Positions 51,483 through 62,036 of a stretch of DNA of 64,000 nucleotides are shown one piece after another. The number at the start of each line of letters is the position of its first letter. The stretch's first letter is position 1. Position numbers and translations under genes: made by a program. A model generated the notes under the pieces. The model was not told where the DNA came from, ran no database searches, and saw nothing but the letters and a program-made list of their open reading frames with translations. The DNA is from an uncultured Solirubrobacterales bacterium. Its GTDB lineage: Bacteria > Actinomycetota > Thermoleophilia > Solirubrobacterales > Solirubrobacteraceae. Location: contig CAVQZJ010000037.1 in the NCBI GenBank assembly GCA_963718425.1, positions 331 to 64,330 of the forward strand. Reading direction: 5' to 3'.

Positions 51483-52997
51483 GTGCACGAGAACTTCGAC
51501 AGCTGCTATCGGGCGGTGCGCAGCCGCGACCAGCGCTTCGACGGATGGTTCTTCACCGCCGTCACCTCCACCCGTATCTACTGCCGGCCAAGCTGCCCGG
51601 CGCTCACCCCCAAACGCGAGAACGTCCGCTTCTACCCAACCGCCGCGGCCGCCCAGCAGGCGGGGTTCCGTGCTTGCCTACGCTGCCGGCCCGACGCCGC
51701 ACCCGGCTCGCCGCAATGGCTGGGCAGGGCAGACGTAGCCGCGCGAGCGGTCAAGCTGATCCTGCGCGGCGTCGTTGATCGGGAGGGAGTCTCGGGTCTC
51801 GCGTCCAGGCTCGGCTACTCCGAGCGTCAACTGCACCGGGTGCTCGTCGCCGAGGTCGGGACCGGCGCGCTCTCGCTCGCCCGCGCGCAGCGTGCCCAGA
51901 CCGCCCGTCTGCTGCTGCAGAGCACCGATGTCCCGATCACGCAGGTCGCGTTCGCCGCGGGCTTTCAGAGCGTGCGGCAGTTCAACGAGACCGTGCGCGC
52001 CGTGTTCGCCCGCACACCCACGGAGTTGCGACGCAAGTCGGCCGGCCACACCGTCTCGCCCACGGGCGCGGCCACGCAGTCGATAGCCCTGCGATTGGCC
52101 TACCGCAGGCCGTTTGCCGTCGAGAGGATGTTCGAGTTCCTCGCGCAGCGGGGGATCCCCGGTTTGGAGGCATACGACGGCGCCACCTACAGCCGCGTCC
52201 TGCAGCTGCCGCACGGTGAGGGGACGGTCAGCCTGGCCGCCGGCGAGGGCCCCGAGATCACGGCCTTGTTCACGCTGGATGACCTACGCGATCTGACCAG
52301 CGCAATCGCGCGCTGCCGGCACCTCTTGAATCTCGACGCGGACCCTGTCGCGGTCGATGAGGCGCTCGGCTCCGATCCGCTGCTCGCGCCGCTGGTGTCG
52401 CGCACACCGGGGCTGCGGATGCCGGGGGCGGTGGACGGCTTTGAGCTAGCGGTGCGGGCGGTCGTGGGCCAGCAGGTGTCCGTGGCGGGCGCGAGGACCG
52501 TGGCGGGCACGCTCGTGCGGGCCGCGGGAAAGCCGCTTGAAAATCCCTGCCTGCCGCTCACGCACGCGTTTCCCAGCCCGGCCGCGCTGGCCGAGCTGGC
52601 GCAGGACAACCCGGCCGCGTTCGCGATGCCCGCCACCCGGCGGCGCACTCTGGCCGGGCTCGCCCACGCCGTGGCGGACGGAGAGCTCGATCTGGACCCG
52701 GGCGCCGACCCGCGCGAGCTCGAGCGACGGCTGCTCGAGCTTCCGGGCGTCGGCCCGTGGACCGCCTCCTACATAGCGATGCGCGCGCTCGGCGACCCCG
52801 ATGCGTTCCTGCCCACGGACCTCGGTGTGCGCCACGCCCTGGCGCACCTGTCCCAACCCGAGGATCGCGCTTCGGTCCTGACGTTGGCGGAGCGCTGGCG
52901 TCCGTGGCGCGCCTACGCGGTCGGGCATCTGTGGGCGAGCCTGCAACATTCAGATGAGGTGGCCGAGCCGGTGCAGGCGATGGGCAGGGCGGCATGA
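51483..52997 (+). CDS. alkA: Ada/AraC-AlkA fusion (DNA-3-methyladenine glycosylase II / adaptive response regulator)
   Basis: IYCRPSC, FRACLRCRP, AraC HTH, LPGVGPWTA...D. Confidence 0.92.
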   Translation: MHENFDSCYRAVRSRDQRFDGWFFTAVTSTRIYCRPSCPALTPKRENVRFYPTAAAAQQAGFRACLRCRPDAAPGSPQWLGRADVAARAVKLILRGVVDREGVSGLASRLGYSERQLHRVLVAEVGTGALSLARAQRAQTARLLLQSTDVPITQVAFAAGFQSVRQFNETVRAVFARTPTELRRKSAGHTVSPTGAATQSIALRLAYRRPFAVERMFEFLAQRGIPGLEAYDGATYSRVLQLPHGEGTVSLAAGEGPEITALFTLDDLRDLTSAIARCRHLLNLDADPVAVDEALGSDPLLAPLVSRTPGLRMPGAVDGFELAVRAVVGQQVSVAGARTVAGTLVRAAGKPLENPCLPLTHAFPSPAALAELAQDNPAAFAMPATRRRTLAGLAHAVADGELDLDPGADPRELERRLLELPGVGPWTASYIAMRALGDPDAFLPTDLGVRHALAHLSQPEDRASVLTLAERWRPWRAYAVGHLWASLQHSDEVAEPVQAMGRAA

Positions 52998-53524
52998 GCG
53001 CGCGCCACCAACCGCAAACGTGCTCCACCTCGATCGACAGCCCGATCGGGACGCTGCGGCTGACGGCGATCGACGGGCGGCTCAGCGGGCTGTACATGGA
53101 GGACCAGCGCCACGCCCCGACCCCGATCGATCCAAGCCGCGAGCGGGAGACGATCTTCGCTGAGGTCACGGCGCAGCTGCACGCCTATTTCGCCGGCACA
53201 CTGAAGGAGTTCGACGTGCCGCTGCTCATGCGAGGGACAGACTTCCAGCGGCGGGTGTGGGAGTCGCTGCGGGAGATCCCCTACGGCCAGACCACCAGCT
53301 ACGGCGAGATCGCACGGACAGTCGGGAGCCCCAGCGCGTTCAGGGCGGTGGGACTCGCCAACGGGCGCAACCCGATCTCGATCATCGTGCCCTGTCACCG
53401 GGTCATCGGCGCCGGCGGTGCACTGACCGGCTACGGCGGCGGCCTTGACCGCAAGCGCTGGCTGCTCGAGCACGAGACCGCGGCGCGATCCGGACAGCTG
53501 CGACTGCAGACACTGGCGGGGTGA
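52994..53524 (+). CDS. ogt: Methylated-DNA-protein-cysteine methyltransferase
   Basis: IIVPCHRV, GYGGG..RK. Confidence 0.94.
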   Translation: MSARHQPQTCSTSIDSPIGTLRLTAIDGRLSGLYMEDQRHAPTPIDPSRERETIFAEVTAQLHAYFAGTLKEFDVPLLMRGTDFQRRVWESLREIPYGQTTSYGEIARTVGSPSAFRAVGLANGRNPISIIVPCHRVIGAGGALTGYGGGLDRKRWLLEHETAARSGQLRLQTLAG

Positions 53525-53537
53525 GCCGCCGCGGGGG

Positions 53538-54074
53538 TTATTTCGAGCGCCGGTTCTTCCCCTGCGCTTCGCGAATGATCCGCCGCCAGATCTCGATCGA
53601 GGCCAGCACGTGGTCGATACCGGCCTCCAGAGTCTGGCGTGGACCGGAGGGCTCCCCGTCGCCGAGCGTGGCATGCAGCCGCTGGTATCTCTCCAGCAGA
53701 GGGCACAGGACGGACAGCTGCGCCTGCGCCATGGCGGTCGGGTCAGCTCCGAAGAACAGCTTCAGGAACGCGAGATCGCGCAGCTCGGTGTACTCGACTG
53801 TGGGGGTGGAGCGCCAGCGCTCGAGCGCCTGGCGCCCGTGCTCGGTGAGCGAGTAGCGCTTGCGCCGCCGTCCACCGGGTTCCTGGCGCTCGCTCAGATA
53901 ACCGGCCACCGCCAGACGCGCGGGCTCCGCGTACAGCTGTGAGCGGGGCAGCGACCAGAAATGCCCGACCGAGCCCTCGACCATCCGCTTGAGCTCATAG
54001 GGGGTCGCCTCGCCCGCCTGGTCGAGCAGCCCGAGCACGATGTGGGAGGTGGGGGTCAGCTGGATGTCTTGCAT
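53538..54074 (-). CDS. PadR family regulator
   Basis: TPYEL...SQLYAEPARL...RKRYSLTEHG; LKLFF. Confidence 0.88.
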   Translation of the reverse strand: MQDIQLTPTSHIVLGLLDQAGEATPYELKRMVEGSVGHFWSLPRSQLYAEPARLAVAGYLSERQEPGGRRRKRYSLTEHGRQALERWRSTPTVEYTELRDLAFLKLFFGADPTAMAQAQLSVLCPLLERYQRLHATLGDGEPSGPRQTLEAGIDHVLASIEIWRRIIREAQGKNRRSK

Positions 54075-54096
54075 TCTCAGGCACATAAAGTACGCT

Positions 54097-54135
54097 ACAG
54101 ACCGTCTGTCTGAGACGGACGGTCTGTCTAAGACA
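54097..54135. promoter_or_regulatory. PadR-type operator (31-nt palindrome / two 18-bp tandem units)
   Basis: ACAGACCGTCTGTCTGAGACGGACGGTCTGT between divergent genes. Confidence 0.7.
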
Positions 54136-54168
54136 ATGGCGGCGCAGACCGCCGGAGAGGAGCAACCG

Positions 54169-54705
54169 ATGAACGCAGCCGATCAAACCGCTCGCGCCCT
54201 CGATGACCTCGCGCAGGACCTGCCGGCTCTCTCGCAGCGCTGGCATGAGAGCTCGGACTGGCTCTCGGACTTCATGGAGCGCTGGGAGGATGCCTGGAAC
54301 TCGCACGACCTCGACCGGCTGCAGGACATGGTCACGACCGACATCAGGTGGGAAGACCCCGCGATGCACGGTCAGATCGTGCACGGTCGCGAGGAGTTCC
54401 GTGCGTTCACCGCCACCTTCTTCGACGCTTTCCCCGACGTGCGCTTGGAGGGCGACGGCGCCACCTATCTGGCGCTCGAGGGGATGGGGCTCGCGCTTCC
54501 GTGGCGGATGACCGGGACGTTCACCGGCGAGCTGGCGCTGTGGGGCGGGCCGGCGGATTCCGAGCCGCCGCTGATCGCCCCGACCGGGTGCAGCTTCGAC
54601 CTCAGGGGAATCGACCTGTACGAGTTCCGCGACGGTCTGATCGGCGACTGGCGGATCATCTATGACCTGACCGACTTCTCGCGCCAGATCGGGCTGCTGG
54701 GCTGA
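54169..54705 (+). CDS. SnoaL-like ester cyclase / NTF2 family
   Basis: WNSHD, AFPD, WRMTGTFTG, YEFRDGLI; GGAGAGGAG RBS. Confidence 0.85.
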   Translation: MNAADQTARALDDLAQDLPALSQRWHESSDWLSDFMERWEDAWNSHDLDRLQDMVTTDIRWEDPAMHGQIVHGREEFRAFTATFFDAFPDVRLEGDGATYLALEGMGLALPWRMTGTFTGELALWGGPADSEPPLIAPTGCSFDLRGIDLYEFRDGLIGDWRIIYDLTDFSRQIGLLG

Positions 54706-54777
54706 GCATGGATGACGATCGGGGCTAGGTCACAACCGCCCGGACCTCGCCCCGCGTCTAGGTTCGAGCGGGCGCGC

Positions 54778-56253
54778 CTACGCGGCCTGCGCCGCCGGCT
54801 CTGCCTCGGTGTCCTCGGGCTCAGCCGAAATATCGTGCACCGGCATGGCGACCGGCCGAACGACAGCCACCGCGACAAGGATCGCGCAGCCGATGAGCGC
54901 CGCGCCGATCCCGAAAGCGAGGTGGTAGCCGCTGGTCAACGCAGCCGCGGTGGAGTGCCCGCTCTTGATCAGGCTGTTGCTGTGTGAGGCCGACAGGGTG
55001 GCGAGTACCGCCAGGCCAAGCGCGCCTCCGACCTGCGCAGTCGTGTTCACCAAGCCCGAGGCGAGACCGGCGTCGCTCGGTGTGGCGCCGGACATCGCGA
55101 GCCCCATCAGCGCCGGGAAGCAGATGCCCGCACCGGTGCCGAACAGCACCATCACCGGGAAGATGTCGGTGAAGTACTTGCCGTGAACCGGGGCGCGCAT
55201 GAACAGCAACAGTCCCACCGCAATCAATCCAAGGCCGGGGAACATCAGGTTACGCGCGCCGAATCGCATCGCCAGAGGTTGGGCGTAGCGCACCGACAGC
55301 GTGCCCATGATCACCGTCACCGGCAGGAACGCCAGGCCGATCTCAAGCGCGTCGTAGTGCAGGATCCGCTGCATGTACAGCGCGCCGAGGAAGAACATGC
55401 CGAACATCCCCGCGACTGAGAGCACCTGGATCAGGTTGGCGCCGCTGACGTTACGCGAGCGGAACACTCGCAGCGGCATCAGCGGCTTTGAGGCGGTGGC
55501 CTCGCGGGCGAGGAAGCCAACCAGCAGCACGAGCGAGATGGCGCCCAGAAAAAGTGTGCGGCCGGCTCCCCAGCCATCCTCGGCGGCTGGCTTGACGATC
55601 GTGTAGACGCCGAGCATCAACGCGCTGGTGATCAGCACCGCGCCGGGAATATCCGCGCCCTCGCCGATCCCGATGCCCTCGTCGCGCTTCAGCAGTCGCA
55701 GAATCGCGGTGGCGGTGGCGATCCCGACCGGGACGTTGATGAAGAAGATCCAGTGCCAGTTGATCGCCTGGGTGATAACGCCGCCGGCCAACAGGCCGAC
55801 CGCGCCGCCGGCGGACGCGACGAACGCGTACACGCCGATCGCCTTCGCCTGGTCATGCGGCTCGGGAAACATCGTGACGATCATTCCCAGGATCACCGCC
55901 GAGGTCATCGCGCCGCCAGCGCCCTGCAAAAAGCGCGCGCCGACGAGCATCCCCTGCGATTGCGAGAGCCCGCACAGCATCGATGCCGTGGTGAATATGC
56001 CCAATCCGACCAGCAGGACGCTGCGGCGCCCGATCAGATCGCCGAATCTTCCGGCCAGCAGCAATAGCCCGCCGAACGCGATCAGGTAGGCGTTGACCAC
56101 CCACGCGAGGCTCGATGTGGAGAAGCCGAGATCGGTCTGGATCGACGGGAGTGCGACATTCACGACGGTGACATCCAGCACGATCATCAGCACTCCGGCG
56201 CACAGGACGTAGAGGGCTAGCCAGCGGCTGCGGTCGGACTCTGTGACGCTCAT
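54778..56253 (-). CDS. MFS transporter, DHA2 family
   Basis: LDVTVVNVALP, GRFGDLIGRR, WHWIFFINVPVG; AAGGAG RBS. Confidence 0.92.
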   Translation of the reverse strand: MSVTESDRSRWLALYVLCAGVLMIVLDVTVVNVALPSIQTDLGFSTSSLAWVVNAYLIAFGGLLLLAGRFGDLIGRRSVLLVGLGIFTTASMLCGLSQSQGMLVGARFLQGAGGAMTSAVILGMIVTMFPEPHDQAKAIGVYAFVASAGGAVGLLAGGVITQAINWHWIFFINVPVGIATATAILRLLKRDEGIGIGEGADIPGAVLITSALMLGVYTIVKPAAEDGWGAGRTLFLGAISLVLLVGFLAREATASKPLMPLRVFRSRNVSGANLIQVLSVAGMFGMFFLGALYMQRILHYDALEIGLAFLPVTVIMGTLSVRYAQPLAMRFGARNLMFPGLGLIAVGLLLFMRAPVHGKYFTDIFPVMVLFGTGAGICFPALMGLAMSGATPSDAGLASGLVNTTAQVGGALGLAVLATLSASHSNSLIKSGHSTAAALTSGYHLAFGIGAALIGCAILVAVAVVRPVAMPVHDISAEPEDTEAEPAAQAA

Positions 56254-56286
56254 CGATATCTCTCCTTCGTGGGACGGGTTTGAATG

Positions 56287-56317
56287 TGCAGACTGGCGGT
56301 CGTTCAGAAACTCATCG
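56287..56317 (-). promoter_or_regulatory. SigG/ECF56-like promoter CGATGA-N18-GTC
   Basis: Minus strand CGATGAgtttctgaacgaccgccaGTC upstream of the MFS gene. Confidence 0.55.
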
Positions 56318-56332
56318 GCGTGCGGGGGATGC

Positions 56333-56803
56333 TCACGCGGATGCTCCTGAGCCCTGCAGGTGGGCGCCGAGTGCGTCCATCAGAACGCCTGTGCCGTGCT
56401 CGCGCTCGGCGGACGTGTCCAGGCCGTCCAGGAAGACGCCCTGCTCGGTCAATGTCAGCTTAGTGCCAGCGCCGTGCGCCTGGAGCTCGATCGTCGCCAC
56501 CGACACCGAGATACGGTCCTCGTCGCGGTACATCTCGTAGGTGTGGATGAAGCGCACGCCCTCCACGATGTCCTGGAAGCGAGAAACTAGCCGGTAGACG
56601 GCGCCGGAGGAGGCCGGCACGGTCATGCGCTCGATCCCGCCGACGCGGAAGTCGAGCTCGTGCCCGGACTTGTCCTGTACCGGCGGACCGAACCACTGCA
56701 GCTTCTGCTGCGGGTCGGCCCAGGCGCGCCACACCCGCTCCGGTGAGGCTTCGTATGTCCGCTCGATGACGAACGTCGAGTGTGTGGTGGACCGCTCGCT
56801 CAC
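56333..56803 (-). CDS. SRPBCC/AHSA1-like protein
   Basis: FVIERTY.ASPERVW.AW.DP; DFRVGG; REHG. Confidence 0.9.
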   Translation of the reverse strand: MSERSTTHSTFVIERTYEASPERVWRAWADPQQKLQWFGPPVQDKSGHELDFRVGGIERMTVPASSGAVYRLVSRFQDIVEGVRFIHTYEMYRDEDRISVSVATIELQAHGAGTKLTLTEQGVFLDGLDTSAEREHGTGVLMDALGAHLQGSGASA

Positions 56804-57164
56804 TGCTTGCTCCTTTGCTGTTGTGGGTCGGGGTTCTCGGCCAGGAATTCACCGAGACGATCAAGGCGGCGCTCCCAGAATGTGCGCCGATCGGATATCC
56901 ATCGCTCGGCCGAGCGCATCGCGTCGGCCTTGATGCTGCAGGTTCTTACCCGTCCGACCTTCTCCGATTGGACCAGGCCGCTGTGCTCGAGCACATGCAG
57001 GTGCTGGACGACGGCGGCCAGGGACATGTCAAACGGCTTGGCCAGCTCGCTGACCGAGGCGGGGCTCCGGCTCAACCGATCGATCATCAGCCTGCGGGTG
57101 GGGTCGGCCAGAGCGTGGAAAAGCAGGTCGATCTGAGGAGTCTCGGGCTCAGAGACTTAAGCAT
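56800..57164 (-). CDS. ArsR/SmtB regulator; frameshift near the 5' end (~57150)
   Basis: IDLLFHALADPTRR...VSELA...QHLHVLE..GLV..KVGRVR. Confidence 0.85.
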
Positions 57165-57243
57165 CGAACTGCAAGTATAGCGTTTGTTGGGATCGTTTTG
57201 CCTTCGCCCACCGCGCCCCGAAGCTTTTCTATTAAGTTGGCGA

Positions 57244-58593
57244 GTGTCGAGCGAGTGCCAGCCAGACTTCGGCCGCACGGCGACCGACTACGCCACCCAC
57301 CGCGCGGGGTTCCCGGGCGAGCTGATCGACCGCCTCGCCGCGATGGGCATCGCCGTCCCCGGGATGCGCGTGGTCGATCTCGGCACGGGTACGGGCAGCC
57401 TCGCGCGTCTGTTCGCTCGGCAGGGATGTGAGGTGACCGGGGTGGATATCGCCGCGCCGCTGTTGGAGCAGGCACTTGGGCTCGACCGCGCGGCGGGCAC
57501 GCGGATCGATTACGTGAACGCTCCCGCCGAGGCCAGTGGACTGCCCGACGGTGCTTTCGATGTGGTCTGCGCCGGCCAGTGCTGGCACTGGTTTGACAGG
57601 CCGGCCGCGGCGCGCGAGGTCGCGCGGCTGCTCGTCCGCGATGGCACGGTCGTGATCGCTCACTTCGACTGGCTGCCAATCCCGAGCAACGTCGTCGCCG
57701 CCACCGAGGAGATCATCCTGAGCCACACGCCCTCCTGGCCCTACGCCGCGCGTGCCGGCCTCTATCCACAGTGGCTCACCGACCTTCAGAGTGCCGGGTT
57801 CACACACATCGAGACGTTCTCATTCGACCTCGATGTGCCCTACACGCACGAGGCGTGGGTGGGACGCGTGCGCGCCAGCGCGCCGATCGCCGGGACGCTC
57901 GATCAAGCCGGCGTGAACGCCTGCTCGCGTGAGCTACAGGACATGCTGGCAGAGCGCTTCCCGGCCGATCCCCTGGCCGTGCCCCACCGCGTGTGGGCCG
58001 TGACCGCGACAGCGCCCGGCGGTCGGCCACCCGACCGCGGCACGCTTAGCATCGAAGCCTCTGGGAACCTGCGGCTGCGCACTGTGCAGGAGTCCGACGC
58101 GACCGAGCTGCACGCGCTGATCGCCTCCAACCGCGATCACCTGAGCCGCTGGATGGCCTGGCCCTCCACCCAGACCTTCGATGACACGCTGCGCTTCATC
58201 CGCTCCTGCGCCCGGCAATTGGCTGAGAACGATGGCTTTCAGGCGGCGATCCTGCGCGATCAGAAGATCGTCGGCGTAGCCGGGTTTCACGGCGTGGACT
58301 GGGCGCGGCGCAGCACGAGCATCGGCTACTGGCTCGCTGAGGAGCAGCAGGGGCAGGGAACGATGAGCAGCGCCGTGAGAGCGTTGTTGGACCATGCGTT
58401 TGAGGTGTGGAGGCTGAACCGGGTCGAGGTGCGCATCGCCCCGGACAACGAGCGCAGCAGGGCGCTTGCGATACGTCTCGGATTTCGCCAGGAGGGAACG
58501 CTGCGCGCGGCTGAACGAATCGGCGAGCGCTACCTGGACAGCGTGGTGTATTCGCTGCTCGACTCCGATCGAGGTCGAGCCGCTCCGGGCTAG
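57244..58593 (+). CDS. Class I methyltransferase fused to RimL/RimJ-type GNAT acetyltransferase
   Basis: VVDLGTGTG, QCWHWF; then SIGYWL...GQG...NERSRALAIRLGF..EG. Confidence 0.8.
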   Translation: MSSECQPDFGRTATDYATHRAGFPGELIDRLAAMGIAVPGMRVVDLGTGTGSLARLFARQGCEVTGVDIAAPLLEQALGLDRAAGTRIDYVNAPAEASGLPDGAFDVVCAGQCWHWFDRPAAAREVARLLVRDGTVVIAHFDWLPIPSNVVAATEEIILSHTPSWPYAARAGLYPQWLTDLQSAGFTHIETFSFDLDVPYTHEAWVGRVRASAPIAGTLDQAGVNACSRELQDMLAERFPADPLAVPHRVWAVTATAPGGRPPDRGTLSIEASGNLRLRTVQESDATELHALIASNRDHLSRWMAWPSTQTFDDTLRFIRSCARQLAENDGFQAAILRDQKIVGVAGFHGVDWARRSTSIGYWLAEEQQGQGTMSSAVRALLDHAFEVWRLNRVEVRIAPDNERSRALAIRLGFRQEGTLRAAERIGERYLDSVVYSLLDSDRGRAAPG

Positions 58594-59381
58594 GAGCCGT
58601 TGAACTTCGCCTCGCGCTTTTCGACGAACGCCGAGACTCCCTCGAAGAAGTCCTTGGTGCGCGCGAGGGAGTGCTGGATCTCCGCCTCCATGTGCAGTTG
58701 GTCATCCAGGTTGGGGTAGATGAAATTGTTCAGCGCCCGCTTTGAGCCCGCGTAGGAGCGCGTCGGGCCGTCGGCCAGTCGCCCCACGAGCGTGTCCGCC
58801 TCCTCCATCAGTCGCTCGTCTGGATAGACCCAGTTGACGAGCCCCCACTCGAGCGCGAGCGGCGCGGGCACCCGTTCGCCCATGAGCGCCATCTGAAAGG
58901 CGCGTGCCTTGCCGACCGCTGGAGGTACGAGCGCTGTGGAGCCGCCGTCTGGCATCAGGCCGATGTTCACGAAGGCGAGCCCGAAGAAGGACGACTCGCC
59001 AGCCAGCACGAGATCGCAGGCGAGCGCCAGCGAGCAGCCGATGCCGACGGCCGCCCCGTTGACCGCCGCCACCACGGGCTTCTGAAGATTGCGGATGCCC
59101 GCGATCACCGGGTGGTAGGTCTCATTGAGCTCTTTGCGGATATCGGGCATGCCGTCCTCGGCGGGCTCGAATCCGGCCTTCAGATCGGCTCCGGAGGAGA
59201 AGCCGCGGCCGGCCCCGGTGATCAGTACGGCGCGCACGGACTCCTGCGCGGCCTCGCCTTCCACCACTGCTTTGAGCTCCTGCCCGAATTGATCGGTCCA
59301 CGCGTTGAGGGTCTCGGGGCGGTTCAGTGTGAGGCGCCCGACGGCGCCGGACTGCTGCCAGATGATGGTCTCATAGCTCAT
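58590..59381 (-). CDS. Enoyl-CoA hydratase/isomerase (PaaG-like)
   Basis: LNRP, FSSGADL, AVNGAAVG, GLMPDGG, EGVSAFVEKR. Confidence 0.92.
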   Translation of the reverse strand: MSYETIIWQQSGAVGRLTLNRPETLNAWTDQFGQELKAVVEGEAAQESVRAVLITGAGRGFSSGADLKAGFEPAEDGMPDIRKELNETYHPVIAGIRNLQKPVVAAVNGAAVGIGCSLALACDLVLAGESSFFGLAFVNIGLMPDGGSTALVPPAVGKARAFQMALMGERVPAPLALEWGLVNWVYPDERLMEEADTLVGRLADGPTRSYAGSKRALNNFIYPNLDDQLHMEAEIQHSLARTKDFFEGVSAFVEKREAKFNGS

Positions 59382-59426
59382 TTGCGGTGCTCCTTTGAGG
59401 GTGGGGGTGAGTTCTCTGTGGGTCGT

Positions 59427-60134
59427 CTAGATGGGTGTCAGCTCGGCGCTTGCGTCAGCGCGCGCCAACACCTCGCCGTCGTCGTCGAGCAGCTCGAGCG
59501 TCATCCGGCCGCGCTCCGCGGATCTGATGGGCGCCTTGCGTGGGCCCGCCGGTGTTCCGCGCAATCCGGCCCAGGCGGCGAGCGAAAGCTCATCGACAAA
59601 CTCGCTGGGCGGGCGGTCGCAGTGGCCGGCGAGCCAGCGCTGCGCCAGCGCATGCGCCGGTCCGCTGACGATCGCGGTGATCACGAGCATCGAGGAGGTG
59701 CGTATCTCGCCAGACTGAATCGACGGTCTCATCCACTCGCGCATGGCGTTGGCCAGATCGCGGTTCAGCGAGGCGACCTGATGGCCGGCTGGGGAGTCCC
59801 ACTCCAGATGGCCGCGGATGTAGACGAAGCGGGCCAGGTCCGGGTGTTCTTCGATCCATCGCATCTGGTGTGCGATCACGTCGCGTACGGCCGACCGCAG
59901 CGAACGGGGACGCCTGTGCACGAGCTCCCACAGACCCTCCTGGAAGGAGGAGATCCCTTCGACATGCAGGGTGTCGGCGATCGCCTCCTTTGACCGAAAG
60001 TGGTGAAACAGCGCCCCGTTGGAGACACCGCTGCGCTCCCTGATGCGAGCGATCGTGGCCTGCTCGTAGCCGTCCTTGAGAAAGCAGGTGAGCGCTGCCT
60101 GCAGAATGCGATCGCGGGTGTCGGGGGAACTCAC
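59427..60134 (-). CDS. TetR family regulator
   Basis: IRERSGVSNGALFHHFRSKE. Confidence 0.88.
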   Translation of the reverse strand: MSSPDTRDRILQAALTCFLKDGYEQATIARIRERSGVSNGALFHHFRSKEAIADTLHVEGISSFQEGLWELVHRRPRSLRSAVRDVIAHQMRWIEEHPDLARFVYIRGHLEWDSPAGHQVASLNRDLANAMREWMRPSIQSGEIRTSSMLVITAIVSGPAHALAQRWLAGHCDRPPSEFVDELSLAAWAGLRGTPAGPRKAPIRSAERGRMTLELLDDDGEVLARADASAELTPI

Positions 60135-60140
60135 GCGGGA

Positions 60141-60168
60141 CAGAGTATCACTCCAGAGTATTACTCTG
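60141..60168. promoter_or_regulatory. Tandem palindromic operators GAGTATYACTC x2
   Basis: CAGAGTATCACTC CAGAGTATTACTCTG immediately upstream of tetR. Confidence 0.7.
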
Positions 60169-60299
60169 CCAGGGAGTTTGGGCAGCAACGGTGGCTCGGC
60201 CGTCGGGCGGCTCCTATGAAGGGAGCCGGCGACCGACGGCGCAAGCCCGCCGCGATCAGATCCTCTCGATGCTCACAAACAGGGCGCCAGCAGCTGGGA

Positions 60300-62035
60300 T
60301 CACTTTTTGTGTTTCTTGGCCGCCGGCTTGATCTTGATCGTCTTGGTGCTGAGGATCGTGTGGCCGTCGATCTTCTCTGACAGCTGTAGCGAGGCGGTCA
60401 GGCGACCGTGATGGGCGGCCAACGCTTTCTTGCCCGCCTTCGTCAGATGCAGGGTCACCTTCTGGGTCCCGCCTTTGTGCAGCGTGAACGTGCCCGAAGC
60501 GAGCGTGACCGACTTTGGTTTTTTCTTGCTCTTGCGAGCGGACGCAGCCGAGGCTGTGGGCACCGTGACCGTAAGCGTGACCGTGCACGGCCCCGCGCAG
60601 CTGATGGTTACCGTCAGCGTGCTACCAGTGCTGGTGGCGCCTTCGCCAGCTTTGGGCGCAGCCGTAACGGTCAGCACCTCCGAGCCACAGGAGCTCGAGC
60701 TGGGGAGGTTTTTGGCGTCCCCGCTGTAGGACGCTTGCCAGTAATAGTTGCCCGCGGACAGCGCGGGCAAGACTGCTCCAGATGCCGCCGCCGCACCGGC
60801 CGTTACGGCGCCAGTGAAACCGATGATCTTGCTGGCGGCAGAGCAGTCAGACTGCGAGTAGAGGGTGTAGCTGACCGTCCCTGTCGCGGTGGCGGCATTC
60901 GTTCCAGCGATCGTCGCCCTGTCGTTCTCGCCGATGGTGCCCTCGGGTACCGTGATGTTTGCTCCGGTCGTCGTTCCCGCCGTCTGCGACGTCGAGAGGC
61001 TGGTGGTCGTTGGCGCGGGGGTGGACGGGGTCGGCGCGGGCAGTGCGTTGAGGTCGGCGACCTCCGGGCCTCCGGCGTCATTGAACGTGAGCCAGCCCTG
61101 GCCATCGGCAGCCACGGCGAGACGTGGTACTTCCGAATAACCGAAGCCGATCTTCGCGATATCACGTTCGCCGGTGAAGGTCATTCCTCCGTTGGTGGAT
61201 TCCCACAGACGCATCACATATTCCCCTGCGCCGTTGATGACCGGCTGAGCCACGTAGAGGACGCCCGTTTCCGGGTTCTCGTAGATGTCGCCCGAGTTGA
61301 ACAGCGTGCCCGCGCTCGTGGGGATCTTCGCGATCATCACCGGCGCTTCGAACGTATGGGTTGTTTCGTTGAACTTGCGCACGTCGATCGCCGAGGGCTG
61401 AGCTTCGGTTGATTCGCCGGGGGCGATATCGGTGGAGAGCATGAACAACCCTTTCGGACCGCCGGCCAAGCGCGGTACGTACCCATCGCTGACCTTGAAA
61501 GGCCCTTCCCATCCCTTTTCTTCGCCGTCTACGTTGCCTCCCTTGGCGTAGTACCGGTAGAAGAAGACTTCGGGCGCCGGAGATGAGAGGTTGTAATAGG
61601 CCTCGACCTCGGGGTGGATCTGCGCTTTGGTGGATTTGTCTTCGATAGTGCCGGTCACATAGCCGAGCGTCGAGCTGGCCACACCGCCCGCGCCGGGGTT
61701 TTCAAAGGTGAAGGAAGTCGTTCCCGAGGTGATCTCGTTGGCCGTGAAGCCAAATCCAAGGCCTGGGTTGTTGAAGGCCATACCGAAATAGTCTTCGGTC
61801 GGGCCGGCGCTCGTGGGAGTGTTCGGGTCCAGCAGCACATCGCCGACGCCCGTCTTACCCGGCGAGGCTGAATGAATTGACTTTGCGGCCGAGAACGTTT
61901 CGCCGCCGTCGGTTGAGGTCCAGATCAGCGTGACTTCGTCTTTGATGTAGCGAGGTCCGACTACGTAGACCACCCCGGGATGAGATCCGAGCACGGGGAA
62001 CGGCTGGATGATTTCTTCGTAAGTGCCGGATGGCA
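60300..62035 (-). CDS. Secreted BNR/Asp-box protein + Ig-like domain + basic beta C-domain; 5' end lost at the junction
   Basis: WTSTDGGETF, WESTNGGMTF; YYWQASYSGD; C-terminal LHLTKAGKKAL...KKHKK. Confidence 0.75.
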
Positions 62036-62036
62036 G

